In this document: in pieces, positions 47,478 through 57,617 of the stretch | Layout: every line of letters starts with the position of its first letter | Position numbering within the stretch: position 1 is the stretch's first letter | Assembly: GCA_009692425.1 (NCBI GenBank) | Contig: SHZF01000006.1 | Span: 5,704-69,703, forward strand | Direction of reading: 5' to 3' | Source of the DNA: Myxococcales bacterium | Lineage (GTDB): Bacteria; Myxococcota_A; UBA9042 | DNA: 64,000 bases | The notes under the pieces: generated by a model | Seen by the model: the letters and a program-made list of their open reading frames with translations, nothing else | Database searches by the model: none | Told to the model about the DNA's origin: nothing | Translations under genes and position numbers: made by a program

Positions 47478-49454
47478 TCAATCGGCGTCGGCTACCGCCA
47501 CCGGCGTCGCTGCGGCGCGCGCGACGGACGCGGTCAGCAGCACGGCGATCGCCTGGTCGAGGCCGCCATCTTCGACCGTCACGACGCAGGTCACGCCCAG
47601 CGCGAGCAACCGGGCGCGGTCCGCAGCAGGGATGGTGCCGCCGACAATCACCGCAATGTCGGTGCCGCCCCGCGCTGCGAGTTCTGCCAGCGTCGCCGCC
47701 GCGAAAGCGAGGTGCGCGCCCGACAGGCTCGACAGGCCGATGGCGTCGACGGCCTCGGCGATGGCGGTCGCGGCGACGTCTGCCGGCGTGGTGCCGGGAC
47801 CCAGCCACACCACCTCGGCGCCGGCATCGCGCAAGCCCAGGGCGAGCAACCGCAGCGCGTTGATGTGGCCGTCGAGGCCGGCCTTGGCCAGCACGATGCG
47901 CCGGCGCGGCTGCGGCATCGCAGGGCCACCGGCTCCGCGGGCCGTGGGGCTGCGCGCCAGGCCATCGACGCCGAGTGGGGCGCGCCAGCGCGGCCCGGCA
48001 CTGGCCAGCAGCACGTGGGTCCATTCGCCCGTCGTGCCGCCGGCCGCCGCGAACGCCACCGAAGCCGCCAACACGCTGGTGCCTGCCCGCGCCGCTTCGG
48101 CGAGACCCGACTTCGCGTGCTCCCATGTCGCCGCGTCGCGCGCCATGCGCCAGTCGTGCAGATCGGCCGCCCGCCGCTGTCCCGCGGCACCATCATCCGG
48201 GTCGCTCCCCGTGCCGTCGCCCGGGCCCGTCGCGAGCCCCAGGAAGGGCACCACGTCTTCGAAACAGTTCACGCCGACCCACGGCCGCGTCCCGGTCTCG
48301 ACACCCGTTCGCCACTGCGCCATGCGCTGCGCCAGCGTGGTCGCCAACTCCTCGATGGCGCGGCCATACCCCATCGCCGGTACCCGCAGCGCGATCTGCC
48401 GTGCGGCCGCTTCGATGCGCGCCGTCTCCGCCTCGATCACGTGCGAACCGGCAAAGATGTCGGGCCAGTCCGCGATGCCCGTCTCATGCAGGAGCACCTG
48501 TTGCGTGCGCAGGGCCAGCGTCTGTTCGGCTGCGTCCGGCAGGGCGAGGGCCTCGCGGAATCCCGGCAACTGGAGCGCGCCCACACGGGCGGATGCCGAC
48601 AGCACCGCCGGCAACGCCTGCAGGGCGATGCGGACGATGTTGAGTTCAGGCTGTTGCGCCGCCAGCGTCAGCGACCGGACCTGGCAGCCCGCGCGAAATC
48701 GCGGCGTGCACCCGTAGCGTTCCTGACACAGTGCCGGCCACAGGCGCGCGTACGCCCGCACCTTGCAGATTTCGGGCACAAGTTCGAGCCCGGAATTGAT
48801 GAAAAAGCTCACCGTATCGACAACGCGGGCAAAAGTCGCGCCGTCGAGCCGCGGCCGTACCGTATCGAGCAGCAGCAGGGCGCCGCCGAGGGCCCAGCCG
48901 ACTTCGTCCACGGGACCCGCGCCCGATTCCATCAGGTGATACCCACAGGCATTCATCGGGTTCCATCGCGGTGTCCACTGCGCCGACGTCACCACGAGGT
49001 CCGCCTGCAGCCGCAGCGACATGGCGGGGTCGAAGATGTAGGTGCCGCGAGCGACGAATTCCTTGAGCAGATCGTTCTGGGTCGTGCCGCGGAGTCGCTC
49101 GCGGGCCACGCCCTGCCGATCCGCGAGCGCGAGGTACAGCGCGTACAGCCAGGGTGCCGTCGCGTTGATCGTCATCGACGTGTTGGCGGTAGCGAGATCG
49201 ATGCCGTCGAAAAGAGCCGCCATGTCGCCAAGGTGGGCGACCGACACGCCGGCGCGGCCGACCTCGGGCAACGCGAGCGGGTCGTCGGGGTCGTAGCCGC
49301 ACTGCGTCGGCAGGTCGAACGCCACCGATAGGCCGGTCTGACCGCGCGCGAGGTTGTCGCGGAAGCGGCGGTTCGTTGCAACCGCGTCGCCGAAACCCGC
49401 GTAGGTCCGGACGATCCACGCAGGCTTGGAGAGAGTGGCGGGCAAGGGCGTCAC
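47478..49454 (-). CDS. Methylmalonyl-CoA mutase family protein, fused catalytic and B12-binding domains (658 aa; Ecm/MeaA-like size)
   Basis: The core IVRTYAGFGDAVATNRRFRDNLARGQTGLSVAFDLPT is paralogous to the 43844 gene. The C-terminal Rossmann domain has a B12 motif variant AKAGLDGHINA (DxHxxA instead of DxHxxG) plus SxL and GG motifs. It lacks the N-terminal arm present in the paralog. Confidence 0.8.
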   Translation of the reverse strand: MTPLPATLSKPAWIVRTYAGFGDAVATNRRFRDNLARGQTGLSVAFDLPTQCGYDPDDPLALPEVGRAGVSVAHLGDMAALFDGIDLATANTSMTINATAPWLYALYLALADRQGVARERLRGTTQNDLLKEFVARGTYIFDPAMSLRLQADLVVTSAQWTPRWNPMNACGYHLMESGAGPVDEVGWALGGALLLLDTVRPRLDGATFARVVDTVSFFINSGLELVPEICKVRAYARLWPALCQERYGCTPRFRAGCQVRSLTLAAQQPELNIVRIALQALPAVLSASARVGALQLPGFREALALPDAAEQTLALRTQQVLLHETGIADWPDIFAGSHVIEAETARIEAAARQIALRVPAMGYGRAIEELATTLAQRMAQWRTGVETGTRPWVGVNCFEDVVPFLGLATGPGDGTGSDPDDGAAGQRRAADLHDWRMARDAATWEHAKSGLAEAARAGTSVLAASVAFAAAGGTTGEWTHVLLASAGPRWRAPLGVDGLARSPTARGAGGPAMPQPRRRIVLAKAGLDGHINALRLLALGLRDAGAEVVWLGPGTTPADVAATAIAEAVDAIGLSSLSGAHLAFAAATLAELAARGGTDIAVIVGGTIPAADRARLLALGVTCVVTVEDGGLDQAIAVLLTASVARAAATPVAVADAD

Positions 49455-49475
49455 GTCATCGGCGCCATGCGCGCG

Positions 49476-49526
49476 TTGCGCAGCGTGTCGTTCCGCAGCG
49501 TGTTCTTCCGCAGCGTGTTCTTCCGC
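49476..49526. repeat. 15-bp direct repeat TTCCGCAGCGTGTTC, 3.3 copies (two identical, one with 2 mismatches), in the 78-bp spacer between the rplS stop and the mutase start
   Basis: Counted directly in lines 49441-49530. Confidence 0.9.
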
Positions 49527-49532
49527 GGGGCC

Positions 49533-49907
49533 CTATTCGGCCGCGTCAGATTCGTTCGCACCGCGCGGGTCGATCTTGCGCAGGCGGGCCGCGCGGCCCT
49601 GCAGGTCGCGCAGGTAGTAGATGCGGCTGCGGCGCACCTTGCCCGACGACATCACCTCGAGCTTCAGGATGCGCGGGCTGTGGAGCGGAAAGATGCGCTC
49701 GACACCGATGCCGTTCGAGATCTTGCGCACCGTGAACGTCGAGTCGACGCCCGAGCCCGTGCGGCGCAAGACGACGCCCTCGTAGACCTGGATGCGCTCT
49801 TTTTCGCCCTCGATGATGCGGCCGTGTACGCGGACGGTGTCGCCGGTGCGGAAGTTAGGCAAGTCGAAGCGAAGGTGGGCGCGCTGCACGGTGTGAACAA
49901 GGCTCAT
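49533..49907 (-). CDS. rplS: 50S ribosomal protein L19
   Basis: ...[28 protein letters not shown]...[21 protein letters not shown].....G.VRR..IYYLR. Confidence 0.92.
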   Translation of the reverse strand: MSLVHTVQRAHLRFDLPNFRTGDTVRVHGRIIEGEKERIQVYEGVVLRRTGSGVDSTFTVRKISNGIGVERIFPLHSPRILKLEVMSSGKVRRSRIYYLRDLQGRAARLRKIDPRGANESDAAE

Positions 49908-49978
49908 CTCAGGTCTCCCTGCCGGTCCCTCGCGGGTGGTCGGCTTCTCGCGGCTGGCGGCGTGCGGGCTGCACGCCG

Positions 49979-50572
49979 TCAGTGGTCCCCGGTCAGGCGG
50001 TCGAGCACGATGGCTGCGGCCGCGCGGACGGACAAGTGGTTGTAGCGCGGGCCGGCGGGGCTGCCGTCGAGCGCGTCGAATGCGGGCGCACGGCCCACGG
50101 GCGGCAGGCGCAAGTCGGCGGTCGCGACGACCGAGGGTGCCAAGCCCCAGCCCGTGCCGAACACGACCACAATGGGTGCTCCGTTCGGGTCGCCCAGTCG
50201 TTCGCGCAGTTCCGCAAACGGCGTCGTATCGCGTTGCATGCGGGCGCCCGTCATCACCAGCACCGGCGCGCGGCCGGTGCGTTCGCGTACGTCAACGCGC
50301 ACGGCGTCGAGCGACGGCAGGGTGCACAGCCGCCGCATGGCGTCGGCGCGCCGCTCATGGCGGCTGCCTTGGCCTTGGGTCCAATGCCCCACGACCTCGT
50401 CCACCATGCGCTGTTGCAGCGTGACCGGAGTCACGATGTAGACCGCGCTCGCACCAAACGTTCGGCCAGACCGAGCCAGGTCGTGCAGGTCGACGTTCGT
50501 GATGGCTGTCGCCACCACCTCCCCGCGCCGGTTGAGCACGGGGTGGTGAACGAGGGCGAGAAAGATAGCCAT
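49979..50572 (-). CDS. Conserved hypothetical protein in the trmD-rplS cluster, possibly with a SPOUT-like fold
   Basis: N-terminal [36 protein letters not shown] and C-terminal [11 protein letters not shown]....[16 protein letters not shown] resemble SPOUT methyltransferase motifs. There is no firm family call. Confidence 0.45.
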   Translation of the reverse strand: MAIFLALVHHPVLNRRGEVVATAITNVDLHDLARSGRTFGASAVYIVTPVTLQQRMVDEVVGHWTQGQGSRHERRADAMRRLCTLPSLDAVRVDVRERTGRAPVLVMTGARMQRDTTPFAELRERLGDPNGAPIVVVFGTGWGLAPSVVATADLRLPPVGRAPAFDALDGSPAGPRYNHLSVRAAAAIVLDRLTGDH

Positions 50573-50585
50573 GTGCTCCTGGAAG

Positions 50586-51401
50586 TCAACCGCTTTCTGT
50601 CGGTTTCGCGAGTCCTGTGGTCATTTCGTCGACCACCGGTGCCGCCGACAAGCCTGCCAACTGGGCCCGATCGTCGGGCGACAGCGGCGCGCTGGCAAGC
50701 AGATCGGGCCGCCAGCGCGCGGTCCGTGCCAACGACTGTGCGCGGCGCCAACGCACGATCGCCGCGTGATCGCCCGACAGCAACACCGCGGGCACGTCGC
50801 GGCCCTGCCACTGCCGCGGCCGCGTATAGTGCGGGTGCTCGACGAGGCCATCGGCGTGCGATTCTGCCGACAGTGACGCCGCGTTGCCGACCACGCCCGG
50901 CAGCAGGCGGGCGACCGCTTCGACGACCGCCATCGCGGCGACTTCGCCCCCTTGCAGCACGAAGTCGCCGAGCGACAGGACCTCATCGCAGAGGTCTTCA
51001 ATGCGCGCGTCGAAGCCCTCATAGCGTCCGCACAGCAGCACGAGGCCACCCGCTTCGGCGTACTGCTCGGCCCTGCGCTGGTCGAAACGGGCCCCGGCCG
51101 GCGACAGCAGCACGGTACGGATCCCGGCCGGCCGCCCCACGCACACCGCCGCGAGGCACGCGGCGATCGGCTCCGGTTTCAACACCATGCCCGCCCCGCC
51201 ACCGAACGGGGCGTCGTCGACCGTGTGGTGCCGGTCCATCGCAAACGCGCGCCAGTCGTGGACCGCAAGGTCGATGCGCCCGGCCGCGATCGCCTTGCCG
51301 ATCAGGCTCTCCCGGCGCAGCGACTCGAAAAGCCCGGGAAACAGCGTGAGCACGTCGAACCGATAGCACGGCGGCACGGCGGCCGCGGCGGGGGCTTGCA
51401 T
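50586..51401 (-). CDS. trmD: tRNA (guanine37-N1)-methyltransferase
   Basis: RFDVLTLFPGLFE.....GKAIAAGRIDLAVHDWR.FA.DRHHTVDDAPFGGGAGMVLK...LLCGRYEGFD.R.....DEVLSLGDFVLQGGE. Confidence 0.9.
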   Translation of the reverse strand: MQAPAAAAVPPCYRFDVLTLFPGLFESLRRESLIGKAIAAGRIDLAVHDWRAFAMDRHHTVDDAPFGGGAGMVLKPEPIAACLAAVCVGRPAGIRTVLLSPAGARFDQRRAEQYAEAGGLVLLCGRYEGFDARIEDLCDEVLSLGDFVLQGGEVAAMAVVEAVARLLPGVVGNAASLSAESHADGLVEHPHYTRPRQWQGRDVPAVLLSGDHAAIVRWRRAQSLARTARWRPDLLASAPLSPDDRAQLAGLSAAPVVDEMTTGLAKPTESG

Positions 51402-51407
51402 GGCGGC

Positions 51408-51932
51408 CTACTCGCTGCGCCAGTCGTGGATGTCGCGCACGACGATCTCGCCGGCCACGCGGCCGAGTTCCTCGATGGCGGGACTGCCCGGCGGCAGCAG
51501 GACGCTGCCGCCCGCGTCAAGCGTCAGGTGCAGCATGTCGTGCCCGCCGGCCACCACGATGCCGCGCACGACGCCGACGCGCGCCCGCGTATCCGCATCG
51601 AGCACGGCGGCCCCGACAAGGTCGGCGAGCCAGATCTCGTCGGCACCCGGTGGCGGCAGTTGGTCGGCATCGACCTGGAGCGTGCCGTGCGTGAGCCTGG
51701 CCGCCGCTTCGCGATCGTCGATGCCGCGCAACGCCAAGATCGGTCCGCCGGTGGCGCCGCGCACACTGTGGATCGCGAACGTGCGTGCAGGTTGCCCTGG
51801 CACGTGGACGTCGATGGCCTCGACGGCGTCCAACACGGTCGAACCGGGGTCGTGCAGGTGCACCCGCAGTTCGCCATGCACGCCGTGGGGCCGTCCGATG
51901 CGCCCGACCTCGATGCGGCGCGGTTCCGCCAT
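51408..51932 (-). CDS. rimM: Ribosome maturation factor RimM
   Basis: MAEPRRIEVGRIGRPHGVHGELRV... and the C-terminal PRC barrel. The upstream in-frame extension to 52289 is Arg-rich junk. Confidence 0.8.
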   Translation of the reverse strand: MAEPRRIEVGRIGRPHGVHGELRVHLHDPGSTVLDAVEAIDVHVPGQPARTFAIHSVRGATGGPILALRGIDDREAAARLTHGTLQVDADQLPPPGADEIWLADLVGAAVLDADTRARVGVVRGIVVAGGHDMLHLTLDAGGSVLLPPGSPAIEELGRVAGEIVVRDIHDWRSE

Positions 51933-52027
51933 CGGTCTGGCCGCTGCGCGGGTGGGAGCGCGCGGGCGGCCAGCGGGCGCGGGTCCAGGCGAGGGCACAT
52001 CTAGGCCAGTTGCGGGCACGGGTGTTT

Positions 52028-53074
52028 TCACAGGGTGATCTCGTCTTTCAACTCGCGGCCCATCAGGTTGCGCAGCGCGTCCAGCGGCGCCAGGCCCTCG
52101 TGCAGCACGCGGTAGGTCTGCTCCAGGATGGGCGCTTCGACGCCGAGTTCCTGCGTCAGGCGCCACGCGGAACGGCTGGTGAGCACGCCTTCGGCCACGG
52201 CCGTCATCGACGCGAGGATGGCGCCGATCGACTCCCCGCGTCCCAGCCGCAGCCCCACCGTGCGGTTGCGCGACAGGTCGCCGGTGCACGTCAACACGAG
52301 GTCGCCGATGCCGGAAAGCCCTTGCAACGTAAGTGGATTTGCGCCCTTGCGTACTGCGATCCGGGTGATTTCAGCGAGCCCGCGCGTGATGAGGCCGGCG
52401 CGCGCGTTGTGGCCGAAGCCGAGGCCATCGGCGGCCCCGACTGCGATCGCGATCACGTTTTTCAGGGCGCCACCGACTTCGACGCCCTCGACATCGTTGG
52501 ACGCGTAGCAACGAAAACGGTTGCCCGACAGTTCCTTCTGCAGCCAGCGCGCCAGCCGTGCGCTGCGGGCCGCCACCGTGACAGCGGTCGGGCTGTTGAT
52601 GGCCACTTCGGCCGCAAAGGACGGCCCGGACAGGTAGGCGAGCCCCGCGTGCATACGGCGCGGCAGCACGCGCTCGTAGATTTCGCTGATGAGCTCGAGT
52701 GATTCGTTGTCGATCCCCTTGGAACAACTGACGATTACGTGTTCGTCCGTCAGCCATGGTTCCATCCGGCGCGCCAGCCCGGCCACGTGCGGAGTTGGCA
52801 TCACGGTGAGCAGCACGCGCGAGCGGCGCACGCACGCTTCGAGGTCCGCGGTCGCGTGCAGGGCCTCGGGCACCAAGTGGCCGGGGAGGTAGCGCACATT
52901 CTCACGGCCGTCTTGGATCTGTACCGCGACGCTCGGATTGTGTGCCCACAGCAGCGTCGGCTTGCCGCAGCGTGCGGTGTGGATGGCGAGTGCTGTGCCC
53001 CAGGCACCGGCGCCGACCACGCCGATCGGGTAGGCGTCGCGCAGCGGGAGTCCCGTGGGCAGCGCGGCGGTCAT
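52028..53074 (-). CDS. gpsA: NAD(P)H-dependent glycerol-3-phosphate dehydrogenase
   Basis: IGVVGAGAWGTALAIHTA.....SCSKGI...LSGPSFAAEVA....GALKNVIAIAVG. Start at MTAALPTGL. The upstream part of the 52028-53887 ORF is junk. Confidence 0.9.
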   Translation of the reverse strand: MTAALPTGLPLRDAYPIGVVGAGAWGTALAIHTARCGKPTLLWAHNPSVAVQIQDGRENVRYLPGHLVPEALHATADLEACVRRSRVLLTVMPTPHVAGLARRMEPWLTDEHVIVSCSKGIDNESLELISEIYERVLPRRMHAGLAYLSGPSFAAEVAINSPTAVTVAARSARLARWLQKELSGNRFRCYASNDVEGVEVGGALKNVIAIAVGAADGLGFGHNARAGLITRGLAEITRIAVRKGANPLTLQGLSGIGDLVLTCTGDLSRNRTVGLRLGRGESIGAILASMTAVAEGVLTSRSAWRLTQELGVEAPILEQTYRVLHEGLAPLDALRNLMGRELKDEITL

Positions 53075-54549
53075 GGACGGCCTCCGGGGCGCGGTTCGTG
53101 GGCCCGCGCGGCGTGGTACAGGTCGTGCAAGCTGCGGTCGAACGCGGCCGGGCGGCAGCGGCGACGGGCCCAATCGCGCAAGGCGCGCACCTGCTCCGCG
53201 TAGGTTTCCACGAGCGGCACCGATTTGGAAAGCACCGCCTCGACGTCGTCGGTCGTCAACGCGCGCCCTTCGCTGAAGGCAACGGCCAGCGCTTCGACCA
53301 GCGCTTCGGCCACCTCGGCGCCGGTCAGCTTGTCCGCGGCATCGGCGAGGCGGCCCGTATCGAAGTCCGCCGCAGCGCGGCCCGAGGCCCGCAGGTGGAT
53401 GGCGACGATCTCTTCGCGCACGCGGCGGTCGGGCAGGTCGACAAAAAACGTCTCGTCGAAGCGGCCCTTGCGCAGCAGTTCCGCCGGCAGGTGGTCGGCC
53501 CGGTTCGCCGTCGCCGCCACGAACACGCCGGGCCGCGGGCGGTCGAGCCAGGTGAGCAGCGCGCCGAACAGTCGGGCACCCGACTCCGACGGCGCATCGC
53601 CGACGGTGGCGAAAGCCTTGTCGATCTCGTCGATCCACAGCACGCACGGTGCCATGGCTTCGGCGACCTGCAGCGCCCGCCGCAGGTGCTCGTCGGGCGA
53701 CCCGTGCTCGGCGTAGAGGCGTGCGAGGTCGAGGCGCGCCAACGGCAGCCCCAGTGCGCCGGCAGACGCCTTTGCAATCAGGGATTTGCCGCAGCCCTGC
53801 ACGCCGACCATGAACGCCCCGCGCGGCGGCGGCAGGCCATAGGCGCGGGCGGCGGGTGTCAGGGCCTCGCGCCGCCGCAGCAGCCACGCCTTGAGCGCAT
53901 CGAGCCCCCCCACGCGGTCCAGTTGCGGCACGTCGTCGACCACTTCGAGCACGCTCGACCGGGCCACAAGATCGCGTTTTTCGTGCTGGAGTTCGGCGAC
54001 TGCCACCGGCCCGGCCAGCCCCGCCTGGCGCACGCGCTTGAGCGCCCGCCGCGCCTGACCAAGCGTCAGCCCGGCCAGCGCCGCGACCGCCGCGTCGGTG
54101 TGTCCGGCGTCGGCGCCAGCAAAGGCGGCTTGCGCGAGTGGCGCCAGTTCCGGTGGGCCGGGCAGGGGCAACTCCACCACGGCCAGGTCACGGTCGAGGT
54201 CGGTCGGTGGCCACGGTCGGGCGGCCAGCAGGACGACCGCATGGCCGGCACGCTCGATCGCGTCGAGGTGTTCGAGCAACAGGCGCGCGAACCCGGCGTC
54301 GCCCAGCAGTCGATCCGCCTGCGGCAGCGCGAGCACGGTGGGCCGCTCCTGCTGGACCAGTCGTTCGAGGAGTTCCCGCGCCACACCGGCAGGCTCGAGA
54401 GCGCCGAAAGTCGCCACTTGGACCGTCAGCGGCGACCCCTGTGCAGCGACGCCGAGCACGCGCACCGCGTCCCGTTCGTCGCTATGGAGCACCCCGACCA
54501 GCGGGTAGCGGGCGCGCAGCCGATCGCGCAGCGGGGTGGCCCGGTCCAT
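53071..54549 (-). CDS. AAA+ ATPase (492 aa): N-terminal ~215-aa degenerate nucleotide-binding-like domain plus a classical AAA module (GVQGCGKS / VLWIDEIDKAF / TANRADHLP..LLRKGRFDE)
   Basis: Walker A, Walker B, sensor-1 Asn and Arg-finger seen in translation. A 4-nt start overlap with gpsA downstream. The start lies 4 nt after the stop of the NtrC-family regulator upstream. Confidence 0.75.
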   Translation of the reverse strand: MDRATPLRDRLRARYPLVGVLHSDERDAVRVLGVAAQGSPLTVQVATFGALEPAGVARELLERLVQQERPTVLALPQADRLLGDAGFARLLLEHLDAIERAGHAVVLLAARPWPPTDLDRDLAVVELPLPGPPELAPLAQAAFAGADAGHTDAAVAALAGLTLGQARRALKRVRQAGLAGPVAVAELQHEKRDLVARSSVLEVVDDVPQLDRVGGLDALKAWLLRRREALTPAARAYGLPPPRGAFMVGVQGCGKSLIAKASAGALGLPLARLDLARLYAEHGSPDEHLRRALQVAEAMAPCVLWIDEIDKAFATVGDAPSESGARLFGALLTWLDRPRPGVFVAATANRADHLPAELLRKGRFDETFFVDLPDRRVREEIVAIHLRASGRAAADFDTGRLADAADKLTGAEVAEALVEALAVAFSEGRALTTDDVEAVLSKSVPLVETYAEQVRALRDWARRRCRPAAFDRSLHDLYHAARAHEPRPGGRP

Positions 54550-54552
54550 GGC

Positions 54553-56019
54553 CTACCCGCCCGGCCGCGGCGGTCTGCCGACCGGCGCAGGCACATCGAT
54601 GGCGTACTGCTTGATCTTGTACTGCAGGTTGCGCGGCGAAATGGCCAGCAGGTCGGCCGCGTGCGTGCGGTTGCCGGCCGTCTGCTGGAGCGCCGCGAGG
54701 ATCAGCGCGCGCTCCGTCGCCTCGACTGCGTCGGGGATCGACAGCGTGTCGCGCGCGGGCAATGCGACGGCCTCGTGCCCACCCGGGCTGCGATCCAGGC
54801 GCACGAGTTCCGCCGTCAGGACGCCCCCATCGGCCAGCACGCAGGCCTGCTCGATCACGTTGCACAGTTCGCGCACGTTGCCCGGCCAGTGGTGGGCGAT
54901 CAGCTTGGCGCGGGCCGCGGGCTGCACCGCGCGAATCTGCGTGCCGAGTCGTTGGTTCGTCTTCTCGACGAAGTGTTCGATCATCATGTCGATGTCGTCG
55001 CGCCGCTCGCGCAACGGCGGCACGGCGAGTTCGATCACGCTCAGCCGGTAGTACAGGTCTTCGCGGAACCCACCGTCGCGCACCCGGAGGCGCGGGTTCA
55101 CCGCCGCCGCCGCCAGCACGCGCACATCGACTGCGATCGGCCGGTTCGAACCAACGCGGCGCACCTCGGATTCCTGCAGCACGCGCAGCAGCTTCACCTG
55201 GAGCGAGAGGGGCAGGTCGATGATCTCGTCGAGGAAAAGCGTGCCCCCGTGGGCCTCCTCGAACAAGCCACGGCGATCCTGGTGGGCATCGGTAAAGGCG
55301 CCGCGCACGTGGCCGAACAGCTCCGATTCCAGCAAGTTCGGCTGGATGGCGCCGCAGTTCACCGCGACGAACGGCTGGCGCGCCCGCGGGCTGGCGAGAT
55401 GCAGCGCGCGGGCGACGAGTTCCTTGCCACTGCCCGACTCGCCCGTGATCAGCACCGTCGAGGCAAACCGCGCGATGCGTTCCACCTGGCGGAACAGCGC
55501 GAGGATGGGCGCCGTCTGGCCGACCATGCCGTAGAAGCTACGCCCCTGCGGAATCACGTCCTCTTCTCTCACGGTCGCTGCGTCGTCCGCCGCCACATCG
55601 ACGACCAATGGCGGCGGCGCGAGCGCGTGCTGGCGAGCCTTCTCCACCGCGAGCCGCACCTTGAGTTCGGCTTCGGCGAGGCGGAACGGTTTCGACAGGT
55701 AGTCGACGGCGCCCAGCCGAATCGCTTCGAGCGCCGTTTCGAGGCTGCCATACGCGCTCATCACGACGGTCGGTGGCAGGCGCTCCTGACGGGCCAGCAC
55801 TTCGATGACTTCGAGGCCGGTCATGCGCGGCATCTGGAGGTCCATCAACAGCAAGTCCGGCATGCGTTGGCGCAAGGCGAGCAGGGCCTGGGCGCCGTCA
55901 TGGGCGCACTGGGTCTCGATGCCTGCCCGCTCGAGGTGGTCGGCCACCAACGCAGCGAACGGCACCTCGTCATCCACGATCAGCACGAAAAGTGGCTGCT
56001 TGCCGACGGGAATCGCCAT
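54553..56019 (-). CDS. Sigma-54-dependent response regulator (NtrC family): receiver domain, AAA+ sigma-54 activator domain and Fis-type HTH
   Basis: Receiver LIVDDE...DLLLMDLQMP. EBP core VLITGESGSGKELVARALH, the GAFTGA motif variant GAFTDA, ESELFGH. C-terminal HTH AGNRTHAADLLAISPRNLQYKIKQY. Confidence 0.9.
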   Translation of the reverse strand: MAIPVGKQPLFVLIVDDEVPFAALVADHLERAGIETQCAHDGAQALLALRQRMPDLLLMDLQMPRMTGLEVIEVLARQERLPPTVVMSAYGSLETALEAIRLGAVDYLSKPFRLAEAELKVRLAVEKARQHALAPPPLVVDVAADDAATVREEDVIPQGRSFYGMVGQTAPILALFRQVERIARFASTVLITGESGSGKELVARALHLASPRARQPFVAVNCGAIQPNLLESELFGHVRGAFTDAHQDRRGLFEEAHGGTLFLDEIIDLPLSLQVKLLRVLQESEVRRVGSNRPIAVDVRVLAAAAVNPRLRVRDGGFREDLYYRLSVIELAVPPLRERRDDIDMMIEHFVEKTNQRLGTQIRAVQPAARAKLIAHHWPGNVRELCNVIEQACVLADGGVLTAELVRLDRSPGGHEAVALPARDTLSIPDAVEATERALILAALQQTAGNRTHAADLLAISPRNLQYKIKQYAIDVPAPVGRPPRPGG

Positions 56020-56096
56020 CCTTGGTTGCGCCTCACGAGACTGCGCTTTGTGTTCACCGCGCCGCAGGCGTGGCACTCAATTGGCACGCCAATGTA

Positions 56097-56372
56097 CTAG
56101 GAAGCCTGCTTGCGCGCCTCGTCCAAGAAGGCCACCCGCGTGTCGTGCAGGAGCCGATCGAGCAGCGCCGCCTCCTCGGGGGTCAAGTTGCCGTGCGTCT
56201 TGGCGCGCAGCATGACGAGCATGTCGATCGACTGGCGCGCCATCTCGATGTTCGAGTCGCCGTGGTGGCCGGTGGGGTCGGGCACGCGACCCAAGTGCAC
56301 CATCGTGGAGCCCGCCAGGGACAAGATGAAGGTCGAGAAGTCGATGCTGCCCGGAGCGTTCGTCGAGGTCAT
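56097..56372 (-). CDS. Small conserved protein (91 aa), DUF1844-like
   Basis: IDFSTFILSLAGSTMVHLG....MARQSIDMLVMLRAKTHGNLTPEEAALLDRLL matches the pattern I recall for DUF1844 family proteins. Same strand, 77 nt upstream of the regulator. Confidence 0.55.
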   Translation of the reverse strand: MTSTNAPGSIDFSTFILSLAGSTMVHLGRVPDPTGHHGDSNIEMARQSIDMLVMLRAKTHGNLTPEEAALLDRLLHDTRVAFLDEARKQAS

Positions 56373-56600
56373 GGCCGGCCTTTCCGCGTGCGCGTTGGAA
56401 TGTCGGCGCGTGGTCGGCGGTTGTCAAGGTGCGCGCCAAGCCTCGGCGCGCCCTCCTCGACGGGATACGGGAGCCGCGCTACGATGCTGCACGCCCACGG
56501 ACCGGCGCTCACGCCCGCTGCGCCAGTAGCGGGCGCCCGCGTCCCCCACACGTCCTTTGCCTCTGGCGCCTGCCGCGTGCGCCCTGCGAGCCCGCCGCGC

Positions 56601-57617
<1,017 letters not shown>

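Noticed and set aside
45617-47863. 748-aa plus ORF
   Set aside because: Antisense to the CAP-domain protein and the 3' end of the fused mutase. Arg/Ala junk.
51933-52289. N-terminal 119-codon extension of rimM, and the analogous upstream extensions of gpsA (53075-53887), topA (60804-61469), folP (40569-40919), cdaR (38698-39117), ruvB (18811-18975), rsmB (63424-63672) and dprA (61903-62037)
   Set aside because: The upstream in-frame segments are Arg/Pro-rich, lack homology to the respective families, and in several cases overlap neighbouring genes. Starts were placed at the first Met matching the family N-terminus.
56041-56100. Two TGGCAC hexamers (TGGCACtcaatTGGCACgccaa) in the DUF1844-EBP spacer
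   Set aside because: No TTGC -12 element at the correct spacing. They are on the strand opposite to the flanking genes. Probably chance.
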